64,000 nucleotides of DNA, from positions 63,505-127,504 of the IMG/VR virus record IMGVR_UViG_3300036790_000468. One strand, written 5' to 3'. Under the pieces are notes generated by a model, which was not told the DNA's origin, made no database searches, and saw only the letters and a list, made by a program, of their open reading frames with translations. Position 1 is the first letter of the stretch. Each line of letters begins with the position of its first letter. A program made the translations under genes and the position numbers. Shown piece after piece: positions 46,477 through 55,298 of the stretch. This DNA comes from a virus.

Positions 46477-47310
46477 GTGAGCAGCGTCGATTTCAAGAGC
46501 GAGCACGCCGCCGCAAACCTGCGCGGCAGCGAAGGCCACTACCTCCAATCCCTGCCCGCCCACATCGCCATCGGGCTACTCAACCCCACCAGCTTCCGCG
46601 CCCGCGACTCTCTCGCCGGCATCATCGAGCCGGCGAGCCACCTCCTCACGCTCAACGACGCCGCGTTCGGCACGTTCTTCACCACCTCCTGGTTCACGGA
46701 CATCGGCGGCGAGTTCGCCTGGCGCGGCCAGCCGCTCGACACGTTCCAGATCTCCCTGAACACCGCCGTCGCCCTCGGCGGCGACCCGCTGCGCTTCGCC
46801 TGCCGCCTCGGCGCGAAGGGCTACCCGTACGTCGAGGGACCCAGCCGGGCATGGCTCGCCAGCATCATCGACGAGGGGCTGAGCACCGGCGTGTTCCGCA
46901 GCCCCGGCCAGGGCTGGGAAGAGGTCGCCGGGATGCTGCGGGAGCGGGACGACGAACCGGTGGTCATCACGTTCTCCGGGGACGGCGGCGGGTTCCCGTC
47001 CCCGTACCTCGGCGGCTGGTTCCCGGCGGAGCTCGGCGACGACTACTCGAAGCTGGCGGAGGGGCAGATCCCCGCATGGGAGGCCCGGCAGGACGAATGG
47101 TACGAGTCCGGCGACGAGCCGATGAAGTGGCGCATCGCCGTCCAGGCGCTGCGATCGAGCCGGGATGGCCTGGAGATGCGGCCGGACACGTGGACGGACC
47201 TGTACTTCGGCCGCGGTATCACGGTGTTCGACCTGCTCGCGCACGACCGGGCCGAGCGGCTCGACCGGGCGTTCGGGATCGCCGGCGCGCTCGCGACGAA
47301 GGAGAACTGA
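46477..47310 (+). CDS. Hypothetical protein (277 aa)
   Basis: AAGGAG RBS; globular composition. Confidence 0.8.
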   Translation: MSSVDFKSEHAAANLRGSEGHYLQSLPAHIAIGLLNPTSFRARDSLAGIIEPASHLLTLNDAAFGTFFTTSWFTDIGGEFAWRGQPLDTFQISLNTAVALGGDPLRFACRLGAKGYPYVEGPSRAWLASIIDEGLSTGVFRSPGQGWEEVAGMLRERDDEPVVITFSGDGGGFPSPYLGGWFPAELGDDYSKLAEGQIPAWEARQDEWYESGDEPMKWRIAVQALRSSRDGLEMRPDTWTDLYFGRGITVFDLLAHDRAERLDRAFGIAGALATKEN

Positions 47311-47312
47311 CT

Positions 47313-48110
47313 ATGAAGACCGTCTACAGCTGGGAAGTCCAAGAGCTTCAGCCGGGCGGCTGGTGGGCCAACCCCGGCAACCTCAACCGCGGCGTGTGCG
47401 GCGGCAAGAAGGGCGAGACCGACACGCCCGAGGAGCTCGCCCGCGAGATCGTCGAGTTCTACGTGCCCCGCCGCGGCGTCTACCGTGCCGCGATCTGGGA
47501 CACGCTCGGCGTCGGCAAGCCCCCGATCCTCGTCGCCACCTGGAACGGGGACGGCACGATCGACGTGCGGCCGTACGAAGCGTTGACGGTGGCGTGACCA
47601 TGGCCGAGGTCCCCGCGCACGTATGGTTCGACCCGAACACCGGACGACTGCAAGTCACCATCACCAGCGAAGAAAACTACAGCCACCGGCCCGAGATCAA
47701 GACCGTCAACGCACGATTCGAATACCACGGCGGCTGGCACTGCGAACTCGCCCTATGGCCCGGCAAGCCGACGGTCGCCCGCGACCCCGACAGTGAGCAG
47801 CACGCCAAGGCCCTGCGCCGAGCCGAACAGGAGACCAGCATCCTGGTGGACCGCGTGCGCGCCGGGAACATCACGGTCGGCGACTTCCGGCCGCTGATCG
47901 AAGCATTCAACGAACTGAAGGCCACGGGGGACTGACATGCCGATCGTCATCGACGCTATCCAGGCCGTCCTCGCTGCCCTGCTGCTCCTGACTTGCATGG
48001 ACATCCTGGCGACGGCCGCGCCGCTCACCCGCAGCAGGCTGCTGCACCGGTACGCGAAACGCGTGTGGGCCATCGAGTGGGCGCTACACCTTCGCCGCGC
48101 CGGGAAATGA
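47313..48110 (+). CDS. Three small hypothetical genes (47313-47597, 47600-47935, 47937-48110)
   Basis: Tightly coupled ORFs. Confidence 0.65.
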
Positions 48111-48209
48111 GGGCGGCCCGGTCCGCGTCCCACCGCCGAACCGGGCCAGTCGGCCGTTTCCACGACCGACCCCACCATCATGCGCTCTTCGGGCCGGACC
48201 GCGAACCAA

Positions 48210-48362
48210 TCAGTCCCGGCTCATCGCGGTGCCTTCGAGATAGTCGGAGTCGTCCGGGTCGACGCACTCGGCCCACCGATCGGCGTCGAAAGGGTCATAT
48301 CCGGGCTTGAGTGCCGCGTCCTCGTCGGGCCGTTCTTGTGTTGCAGGCTCGTTCTCTGGCAT
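48210..48362 (-). CDS. Small acidic peptide
   Basis: AGGAG RBS; MPENEPATQERPDED... Confidence 0.5.
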   Translation of the reverse strand: MPENEPATQERPDEDAALKPGYDPFDADRWAECVDPDDSDYLEGTAMSRD

Positions 48363-48518
48363 GTCGCTCCTCACGTAGCCGCCGGCGGTTATGCAGCGGG
48401 CACCGCCATCATCCGCCGCAATCGGCCGGCCCGCAGTCCATTGAGACTGCGGGCCTTCGCGCATCCCACCGCGGCTGTCAGCAGGCGGTGGCATTATTGA
48501 CTACATAAGCGAACGAAC

Positions 48519-49678
48519 ATGATCGAACCGGGAGGAAGCGTGCTCGAGACAATACCCGAAGCAGACCTCGGCGACCCCGCCGACTGGGACGAACTGCCCG
48601 AAGGCTTCACCGTGATCATCGCCACCGACCTCGAAGACCGCAGCTGGCACGTCGACACCTACGACGGCTGTGGCGTCGTCAACGTCATTGCCGCCGACGG
48701 GACCGAGACCGGCGTCTGGCACAACGGCGGCGGCAAGATCTGGACCGGCATCGGCGACGGACACGGCTACTGCGCGAACCCCGTCCGGATCAACGTGGAC
48801 GTCACCGACCCCGAGGCCATCGCCTGGGGCGCCGACCAAGAGATGCGCCGCCTCGGACTCGAACCCGGCAAGCCGAAGGAGGCGTGATGGATGACGCCGA
48901 GGACACCTTCACCATTGCGGAACTGCGCGAGCGCCTCGTCAACCCGTCCGGCCCCGAGGACTGGTCGGACGTCATCGCGGCGCTCGCCGACCGGCTGAGT
49001 ACCAGCCTGGAGAACCGGGCGGCCATGCCGATCGACGAAGCCGCGATCGTCCGCAACTTCGCCCACGCAGTCGGCGATATGGCTGTTGTCGTCGACGGCT
49101 TCGTCGGTGACGTTGAGCACCACGAAGAGAACTGGGCGAAGATCCACGGCCACCTGCTCGAAGCCGCGAGCGGGCTCGGGTGGATCGCGGAAGGGTGGAT
49201 CTGACTCGTGAGCGACAACGGGCCCCGCGCCCTGCTCGTTAAGTGCCGCAAGGACGAGGACTTCTACGTTGCCTGGTCCGAGGGCACCGAAGCGCCCGTC
49301 TGGTACGGCGCGGCAGCCGAGGCCCGAAAAGAGGGCTACACGCAGGAACGCATCGACCGCGCCGATGAGACCGGGACATCCTCGGTTCCCGGCTTCTACA
49401 GTTGGGATCATGACATCCTGCTCGCCGGCGTACTCGACCCGGATCGTCTGGCCGACCGGTGCCCGGTTCTGGTGGTCCGGGCCGAGAAACGGATGCGGAT
49501 CCCGGGCCGCGAGCGCGTCGACGATCTCTTCGAGCTTTTCGGCGGATCCCGGGTAGGGCGTGCCATGGATCTTCCCACTGAACCGGAGCGAGCCCGCCGC
49601 CAGAGGCGGTGCCGGGGGCGTCTTTGTGCCTTCGCCAGGCTCCTGAGGACCAACCACCGGAACCGGGAATTCATGTAG
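48519..49678 (+). CDS. Three hypothetical genes (48519-48887, 48884-49204, 49208-49678)
   Basis: Coupled ORFs; the last runs antisense into the convergent gene. Confidence 0.6.
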
Positions 49679-49978
49679 AAGCGCTGGGAGCGCTGGGAGT
49701 GGAAACTCACGGAGCGCCCCACCGATACTGCGCACGCGGGCAAAGCCGGGCGGCATACCGTTGTCGCGCTCAATCGGCATCATCATGATCTCGGTCATGT
49801 CGTCGACGCCGCACCGCACGGCGTCTGCTGGATTCATCACCAGGGCGACAGGCGTACGTCCACGGGCCAGCAGTCCTTGCTGCCACGTCGCGACGAGCTT
49901 CGCGAACCCCAGGGCCGGATGAGGTTCGCCGGGGGCATACGTCGTCCTCGGAAGGTCGTCGACGGGTTCGTCAGGCAT
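48767..49978 (-). CDS. Hypothetical protein; only the N-terminal ~190 aa looks genuine
   Basis: Coupled to upstream gene; no stop until 48767. Confidence 0.5.
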   Translation of the reverse strand: MPDEPVDDLPRTTYAPGEPHPALGFAKLVATWQQGLLARGRTPVALVMNPADAVRCGVDDMTEIMMMPIERDNGMPPGFARVRSIGGALREFPLPALPALLHEFPVPVVGPQEPGEGTKTPPAPPLAAGSLRFSGKIHGTPYPGSAEKLEEIVDALAARDPHPFLGPDHQNRAPVGQTIRVEYAGEQDVMIPTVEAGNRGCPGLIGAVDAFLRVALFSGLGCRAVPDGRFGALGPGNVEVLVLAALNEQGAGPVVAHESDPPFRDPPEPARGFEQVAVDLRPVLFVVLNVTDEAVDDNSHIADCVGEVADDRGFVDRHGRPVLQAGTQPVGERRDDVRPVLGAGRVDEALAQFRNGEGVLGVIHHASFGLPGSSPRRRISWSAPQAMASGSVTSTLIRTGFAQ

Positions 49979-51780
49979 CTACGGCCTCCATGGTCGCGAC
50001 GAGCGTGTCCCAGCCAGCGCCGAGCGCCGCGATCTCCATAGCCGCCGCCGGGGGAGGTGTCGCGGTCCTGATGTACGCGCGGAGTGCCTCGGAGTGAGGG
50101 CACGTCAGGATCGCGTGCAGCCCCGGAGCGTCGGCGAACCAGGATGCCGTGACCGGGCCGAGCACGCGCGCAGCGCGGCAGTCCTCCAGGTGCCGGATTG
50201 CCTCCGTGAACAGGTGCCGGCGCATCGCCTGCGGCCGGATGAACCACACCTCGTAGCCGGTGAGCGCGTCCCCGTGGAGGATCGCGAGGATTCCGGCGAC
50301 GAGATGGTGCCTCGGCGCGGGGGCGGTCACAGCTCAGGCCAGGTGTCGACGCGCACGGTGGTGACGTTCACCGGGAACGCGATATCAGGCCACTGCGGCG
50401 CGTAGGCGTAGGGGATGTCCCACTTCCACAGCATCCCGGCCTGCGTGGCGTACAAGGCTGAGGTGAGGCGTTCCTGGACGTCGGCGACCCACGTGTCGTG
50501 CTCGGTCTGCTCACACTGGCTGCACGGGAGCGCGGTGGACAGGATCGAGAGCCAGGAGTGGCGCCGGCCGCGCCGGTGCTCGCACGAGTCCAGGTCGCGC
50601 TCGACCAAGGCGGGGTGCTGCAGGAGGCAGATCTGCGCTTTCGTCCAGCCCGGGTCCCAGTTCCCGGCCATCCACCGCTCCAGGTGCTGGCTGGTGGGGA
50701 ACGGGCCGATCCAGTGCTCGCCGGCCCCGAGCTTCCCGTCCCAGACCGTGAGCGCGACCGCGTCTGCCTCGCCGGGGGCCGCGAGCATGGTCTTCACCTG
50801 GCGGCGGATCTGCTCGAGCGACTCCACCAGGAGCCCCGGCACCTTGGTGTCGAGCAGGCCGCGCAGGTGCGCTGCGAGCTCGATGATCCGGGGGGCGATG
50901 TCGTCGCCGACCTCCTCCTCGGCGAAGTAGCCGTCGGCAACCAGCGCGCGGCGCGCGTTGCGCAGCCGGGCGCGGGCGGCGAGCAGGCTCGTGTAGCCGG
51001 CGCGCTCGAGCACGAACTGCTGGTGGTCGGTGAGCATTCTGGCGAGGATCTCGTCGGCGCCTGCGGGGTCGCGCGTGATCCGGTTGCGGGCGTCCTCGAT
51101 CAGGGCGGCGAGTTCGGTGGGGATGAGGTAGGACACGGCTACTCCAGGCCTGCGTCGCGGTACACCGCCGGGACGCCGCCGCGGGAGATGTCGCTGGTGG
51201 TCAGTAGTGCGGTGCGGCCTAGGTCGGCGAAGCGCCGGAGGGTGAGGGGCTCGTCGTCGGGGGATGGCCACAGGCCGATGATGCGGATGCCGTAGTGCTC
51301 GGCCCACTGGGTCGCGGTGCGCTCGAGCGCGTGCGGGGGCGCGGCCAGGTTGGCGCGCTGCTCCTCGATGGGCAGGCCGGCGACGGCGCGTTCGAGGGTG
51401 GCCTCGTAGCCGGGTGGGCACGGGTCGCCGAACGCGGGTCGCTGGTCGCCGAGCTCGAATCCGACGATGGCGTAGGCGCTGCGGATGCACGGGACGGTGC
51501 CGGGCTGGCCGCCGCCGTCGAGCCAGGCGGCGACGGCGGTGCGGCAGTCGTCCTCGGTGATCGCGACGGTGTTGTCCGGCATTTTGATCTCGTCGAGGAT
51601 GACGGTGATCTCGGCGATGCCGGCCGCGTCGGGGCGCGAGCCCATGTCGAACGCGACGACGCCGTGGTGGCGCTGGCCGGTGCGGGCGTCCTCGAACCGC
51701 AGGAGGTGCCCGGCGACAGGCACGATCGCGTCGCCGGGCGCGCGCATGACGGGCGGGACGGTGGCGATCAGCTGGCCCAT
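49971..51780 (-). CDS. Three hypothetical genes (49971-50330, 50327-51136, 51139-51780)
   Basis: Coupled ORFs with RBS. Confidence 0.65.
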
Positions 51781-51895
51781 GATCGGCAGCTCACGCCTGG
51801 TGATGGAGGGTGGAGGTGTGCCCATGGCCGGATGGTGGCACGGGCGTCGGAGGAGCGTTGGGGGTGCGCGGAAACCGCCCACCAGGGGGTGACGG

Positions 51896-52129
51896 TCAGT
51901 CGGCGGCGGGTGTTGAGCTCGTCTTCGGCCGGCCGCGGGGCTTCTCGGGCGGCCAGTGTCCGTCGAGTGAGTGCAGGAAGCCTTCCGGGTCGGCGGCGAG
52001 GGCGTTCAGGCATGCGGAGATGAAGCCGCGCATCGCGAGGTCGTGCTCGGTGAGTACAGCCTGGGCGCTCGCGAGCGCGTCGGCCGGCGGTCTGACGGTG
52101 AGGGGCGGGTCGGCGTGTTGGCTGGCCAT
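51896..52129 (-). CDS. Ribbon-helix-helix-like small DNA-binding protein
   Basis: LTVRPP beta-strand + two helices; C-terminal KPRGRPK AT-hook-like. Confidence 0.7.
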   Translation of the reverse strand: MASQHADPPLTVRPPADALASAQAVLTEHDLAMRGFISACLNALAADPEGFLHSLDGHWPPEKPRGRPKTSSTPAAD

Positions 52130-52134
52130 GGGGA

Positions 52135-52198
52135 AATCTTCGCACAAGTGGCTTGCCACTTCCAGGGCGCTCGTGTCATATTAAGTGGCAAGCCACTT
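52135..52198. promoter_or_regulatory. Divergent promoter with two 16-bp palindromic operators
   Basis: AAGTGGCTTGCCACTT (52146-61) and AAGTGGCAAGCCACTT (52183-98); + TTGCCA-18-CATATT. Confidence 0.8.
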
Positions 52199-52220
52199 TC
52201 TAAGTGCAAGGGAGCGCATC

Positions 52221-52751
52221 ATGGCCTACAGCGACATCCGCGACCGGCTCACCCCCAACCGGTTCGAGGTGCGCCAGCACAGCACACGCGCGGACGGCAT
52301 CACGCCGCGCTTCGGGGTCTGGGACAACGAGCTCGGCGCCTGGGCGCGCGTCAACCTCGGCTACGTGTACATCACCCTGCTGAAGGAGGCGGCGCAGGAA
52401 GCGGCCGACCGGCGCAACGCGATCAGCGCCCAGCGCCCGATGCTCGACGTTGCCGCCCCCGGCATCCACGAGATCTTCACCGTGAACAGCTCCGAGTCCA
52501 CGGCCGGGCGCGTGTTCACCACCGGCCGGGACGCGAAGGGCCGCTTCGCGAGCTCCTACCGGCACGTGCGGCTCTACATCACGCCCCGCGGTCACTGGTA
52601 CCGCGGGGACGACGCTCCGGACGACTTCCACAACGACATCCTGTGCCGCGGCTGCGGCCACCACGGCCACTTCCCCTACATCCTCGACTACAAGCCGTGT
52701 TCGAAGCCGGCGACCTCCGCCGACGTCATCGCAGCTCTGCGCGCGAGCTGA
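52221..52751 (+). CDS. Hypothetical protein
   Basis: GGAG RBS; first cargo gene. Confidence 0.75.
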   Translation: MAYSDIRDRLTPNRFEVRQHSTRADGITPRFGVWDNELGAWARVNLGYVYITLLKEAAQEAADRRNAISAQRPMLDVAAPGIHEIFTVNSSESTAGRVFTTGRDAKGRFASSYRHVRLYITPRGHWYRGDDAPDDFHNDILCRGCGHHGHFPYILDYKPCSKPATSADVIAALRAS

Positions 52752-52811
52752 CCGGGCCGCGTGGGCACCGGCGCCTATCTCCCTGGGAACCGGCGCCCGC
52801 GCAGTCCGGCC
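52748..52811 (+). repeat. ~64-bp structured intergenic repeat, copy 2
   Basis: Near-identical to 46341-46402. Confidence 0.85.
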
Positions 52812-52847
52812 AGCCGGCCAGACAACAAGCACCAGGAGGGGAACATC

Positions 52848-53072
52848 GTGACCGTCACCACCTACCGCGCCGCCATCGTCGTCCTGCTGATCGCCGTCGC
52901 CGCGCTGGCCACCGTCGCCGGCATCGTGCTGAGTCGCCCGAGCGCGCCGGGCGCGCCCGCGAGCGCCACCGACGTTACCGTCAGCAGCTTCAACGACGGC
53001 TTCAGCGACAGCAAGGCGGACGACTGCGAGCAGGGCTTCGCCGCTGCCTGCGCGTGGCTGAAGTCGAACTGA
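52848..53072 (+). CDS. Small membrane/secreted protein
   Basis: AGGAGG RBS; N-terminal TM. Confidence 0.7.
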   Translation: MTVTTYRAAIVVLLIAVAALATVAGIVLSRPSAPGAPASATDVTVSSFNDGFSDSKADDCEQGFAAACAWLKSN

Positions 53073-53138
53073 TCCACTGACGGGCCGTCACGCGGGCGTT
53101 ACGCTAGTCCCAACCGGTACTTGAATCAGGAGGCAGAC

Positions 53139-53615
53139 ATGCGCAATACGCGCCGAGAGTTCGAGACGATCACCAACGGGCCCGCCCTGGAGCCCGCGGC
53201 ACTGACGGAGGCGCTCGATGCGTGGGCGCGGGCCGACGGCGGCCGCGTGACCGCCGCGGTGGTGCACCTGCTCACGAAGGCCGGCCTTGCGGAGAGCTGG
53301 CCGATGTTCAGCGAGCACCTCTCGATCCAGCTGTTCACGGACCCGGACGACCCGGAAGGGGAGGCGTATCCGGTGGCGCGGGTGCTGGAGTGGTCGGCGC
53401 TGCACAACGCGATCCCGACGAACGAGGTGGGGAAGTCCGCGTTCGCGATGTTCGTCTACGCCCGGGCGCTGGGGGACCGCGGGTTCGTGGTGTGCCTCTC
53501 GGACCTGCTCGAGGGGATGGAGCCGCGCACGCGCCGGGTGGTGCACGAGGCGAACGCGATCCGGTTCGCGCTGCCGGTGGACCCGGAGTGGAAGAAGCAC
53601 GGGAAGCAGCCCTAG
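53139..53615 (+). CDS. Hypothetical protein
   Basis: AGGAGG RBS. Confidence 0.7.
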   Translation: MRNTRREFETITNGPALEPAALTEALDAWARADGGRVTAAVVHLLTKAGLAESWPMFSEHLSIQLFTDPDDPEGEAYPVARVLEWSALHNAIPTNEVGKSAFAMFVYARALGDRGFVVCLSDLLEGMEPRTRRVVHEANAIRFALPVDPEWKKHGKQP

Positions 53616-53617
53616 AC

Positions 53618-53672
53618 GCGGGAGCGCCGCCCCTGCCGCGGTGAGCGGTGGGGGCGGCGCGGTCTCGCGGGG
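53618..53672. terminator. GC-rich hairpin between convergent genes
   Basis: GCGCCGCCCC.GCCGC / GCGGT.GGGGCGGCGC imperfect stem. Confidence 0.55.
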
Positions 53673-53873
53673 TTAGACGAGGTCGTCGAACTCGCCGTCC
53701 TTGGCGCCGGCCAGGAACGCTGCGAGCTCGGCCCGGGTGTAGGCGATCGGGGCCTGCTCGGGCCGGTTGCTGTTGCGGATCGCGACGCCGTCGCGGGTGG
53801 GGGCGATTTCTACGCAGTTGCCGCTGGCGCCGGAGTGGGTGCTCTTGCGCCAGGGGCCGGTGATCTCAGACAT
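53673..53873 (-). CDS. DUF397 protein
   Basis: WRKSTHS..GNCVEIA..VAIRNS..P..AFLAGAKDGEFD. Confidence 0.93.
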   Translation of the reverse strand: MSEITGPWRKSTHSGASGNCVEIAPTRDGVAIRNSNRPEQAPIAYTRAELAAFLAGAKDGEFDDLV

Positions 53874-54009
53874 GTGTGATCCTTTCGGGCGGTGGGCGTT
53901 GGTTCCGACGCTATCCAGTGATCGTGCAACGTGCATCAGCATTCGCATAATTCGCCTGGGGCGCACGGTAGCGTACGCCAGCGCGCACGGTGCGTCGCCG
54001 CACCACCCC

Positions 54010-54342
54010 TCACTGCCGACCGGCCGGATCGATCGTGAACCAGGCCACGTCCTCCTCGTCGACCTCGAACGAGCGCAGTACCCCGGCCATCGGCCCGGGC
54101 CCTCGGATCACCACCACCTTCCCCACCGACACCTGCAGCCGGGCCACATCCAGCAGCCGGGACGCGTTCGTGATCTGCCCGGAGATCAGCGCAGGCTCCC
54201 CGTGGCCCCCGTCGAGCGGCAGGTACCCGCTCACCGAGTACCAGCCGACCCGCGCCCCCTCCAACCGCGCCGGAGTGCTCTCGCCGCTCACGCGCTGGCC
54301 GCCCTTCCGACGAGCACCAGGTGCCATTCCACGCCGCCCCAC
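54010..54342 (-). CDS. Hypothetical protein
   Basis: Co-oriented; true start probably GTG near 54291. Confidence 0.55.
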   Translation of the reverse strand: MGRRGMAPGARRKGGQRVSGESTPARLEGARVGWYSVSGYLPLDGGHGEPALISGQITNASRLLDVARLQVSVGKVVVIRGPGPMAGVLRSFEVDEEDVAWFTIDPAGRQ

Positions 54343-54851
54343 GCTCCCCGGTTCGCCTCCTTGGTCCGCTGCACGCGCTTCCCCTCCCGGTTCAGGCGCC
54401 TCGCGGCGTCATGGAGTCTGGCGCGCTCGACCTCGAGCAGCCTCGCGGCCTCTGACTCCTCCAGGCGGCCGCCGTTCTCGCGCAGCAGCTGCTCGAGCGC
54501 TTTGTCGAGATGGGCGGTGCGCCAATAGTGCGCCTTGACGCTGCAGGAGTTCGAGCAGTACTGGCGCGGTTCGGGCTTGACCGAGACGATCGCGACTTCG
54601 CAGCGCGGGCCGGCGCACTGGCGTACGGCGACCGGCGGGCAGGTGCACTCCCCGCAGGTCTTGGTGTGCCGGTCGTAGACCCACAGGCCTTCCTCGGCCG
54701 TCTCGGGGCGCGCCCGCGGGATCTCGCGCCACAGGCCGCGCGCCATGACCTCGTACAGGGCGCCGAGGTTCAGGAGGGTCTCGTGGTCCCCGGCGCGCCG
54801 CAGCGCGCGCAGCATATCGACGGTCTCAGTATCCGTGTATTGATCCATCAC
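54288..54851 (-). CDS. Zinc-finger (CGNR-like) protein
   Basis: CAGPRC...YCSNSC..AH. Confidence 0.65.
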   Translation of the reverse strand: MMDQYTDTETVDMLRALRRAGDHETLLNLGALYEVMARGLWREIPRARPETAEEGLWVYDRHTKTCGECTCPPVAVRQCAGPRCEVAIVSVKPEPRQYCSNSCSVKAHYWRTAHLDKALEQLLRENGGRLEESEAARLLEVERARLHDAARRLNREGKRVQRTKEANRGAWGGVEWHLVLVGRAASA

Positions 54852-55298
54852 TCAGTCCTTCCAGCCCGGCACCATGGTCACCGGGATCCCGGCGGCCTCC
54901 CACACCGCGGCGACCCGCGGCTGGTCCTCGTGCGCCGCCACCACCTCGTACCGGCGCGCGATCTTCGCGAGGATCTCCGCCTTCACCACCGCGTCCGCCC
55001 TCCCGTCGTGCTGGGCCCGCATCCACATCGCCTCCGACGGCACCTGGTGCAGCGCCAGCCACCACGCCGTGACGTGCCGGTACAGGGGCGCGGCCTCGCG
55101 CGCGGTAACGATGAGGACCGCCAGCCCCGCTGCGGCGTCGCGCCGGGCGTCCTCCACCACCCAGGAGTGCGGCGGGCAGTCGATCGAGGCCATGTGGAAC
55201 GCGTGGAACCTTCCGGGCCCGTGGATCAAGTGGCGGATCCCGGAGACGTCGACGAGGGTCCCGTCGACGTCGTAGATAGACGCGAGCGGCCGGCTCAC
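54852..55298 (-). CDS. HAD phosphatase (polynucleotide 3'-phosphatase, T4 PseT-like domain)
   Basis: IYDVDGT (DxDxT), IVTARE, WMR..D..VK, EDQP. Confidence 0.85.
   Translation of the reverse strand: MSRPLASIYDVDGTLVDVSGIRHLIHGPGRFHAFHMASIDCPPHSWVVEDARRDAAAGLAVLIVTAREAAPLYRHVTAWWLALHQVPSEAMWMRAQHDGRADAVVKAEILAKIARRYEVVAAHEDQPRVAAVWEAAGIPVTMVPGWKD

Noticed and set aside
48490-48525. Fourth divergent promoter/operator cassette
   Set aside because: TTGACT-CATGAT spacing is only 15 bp, no palindromic operator, and the leftward peptide is not a recognisable DNA-binding protein
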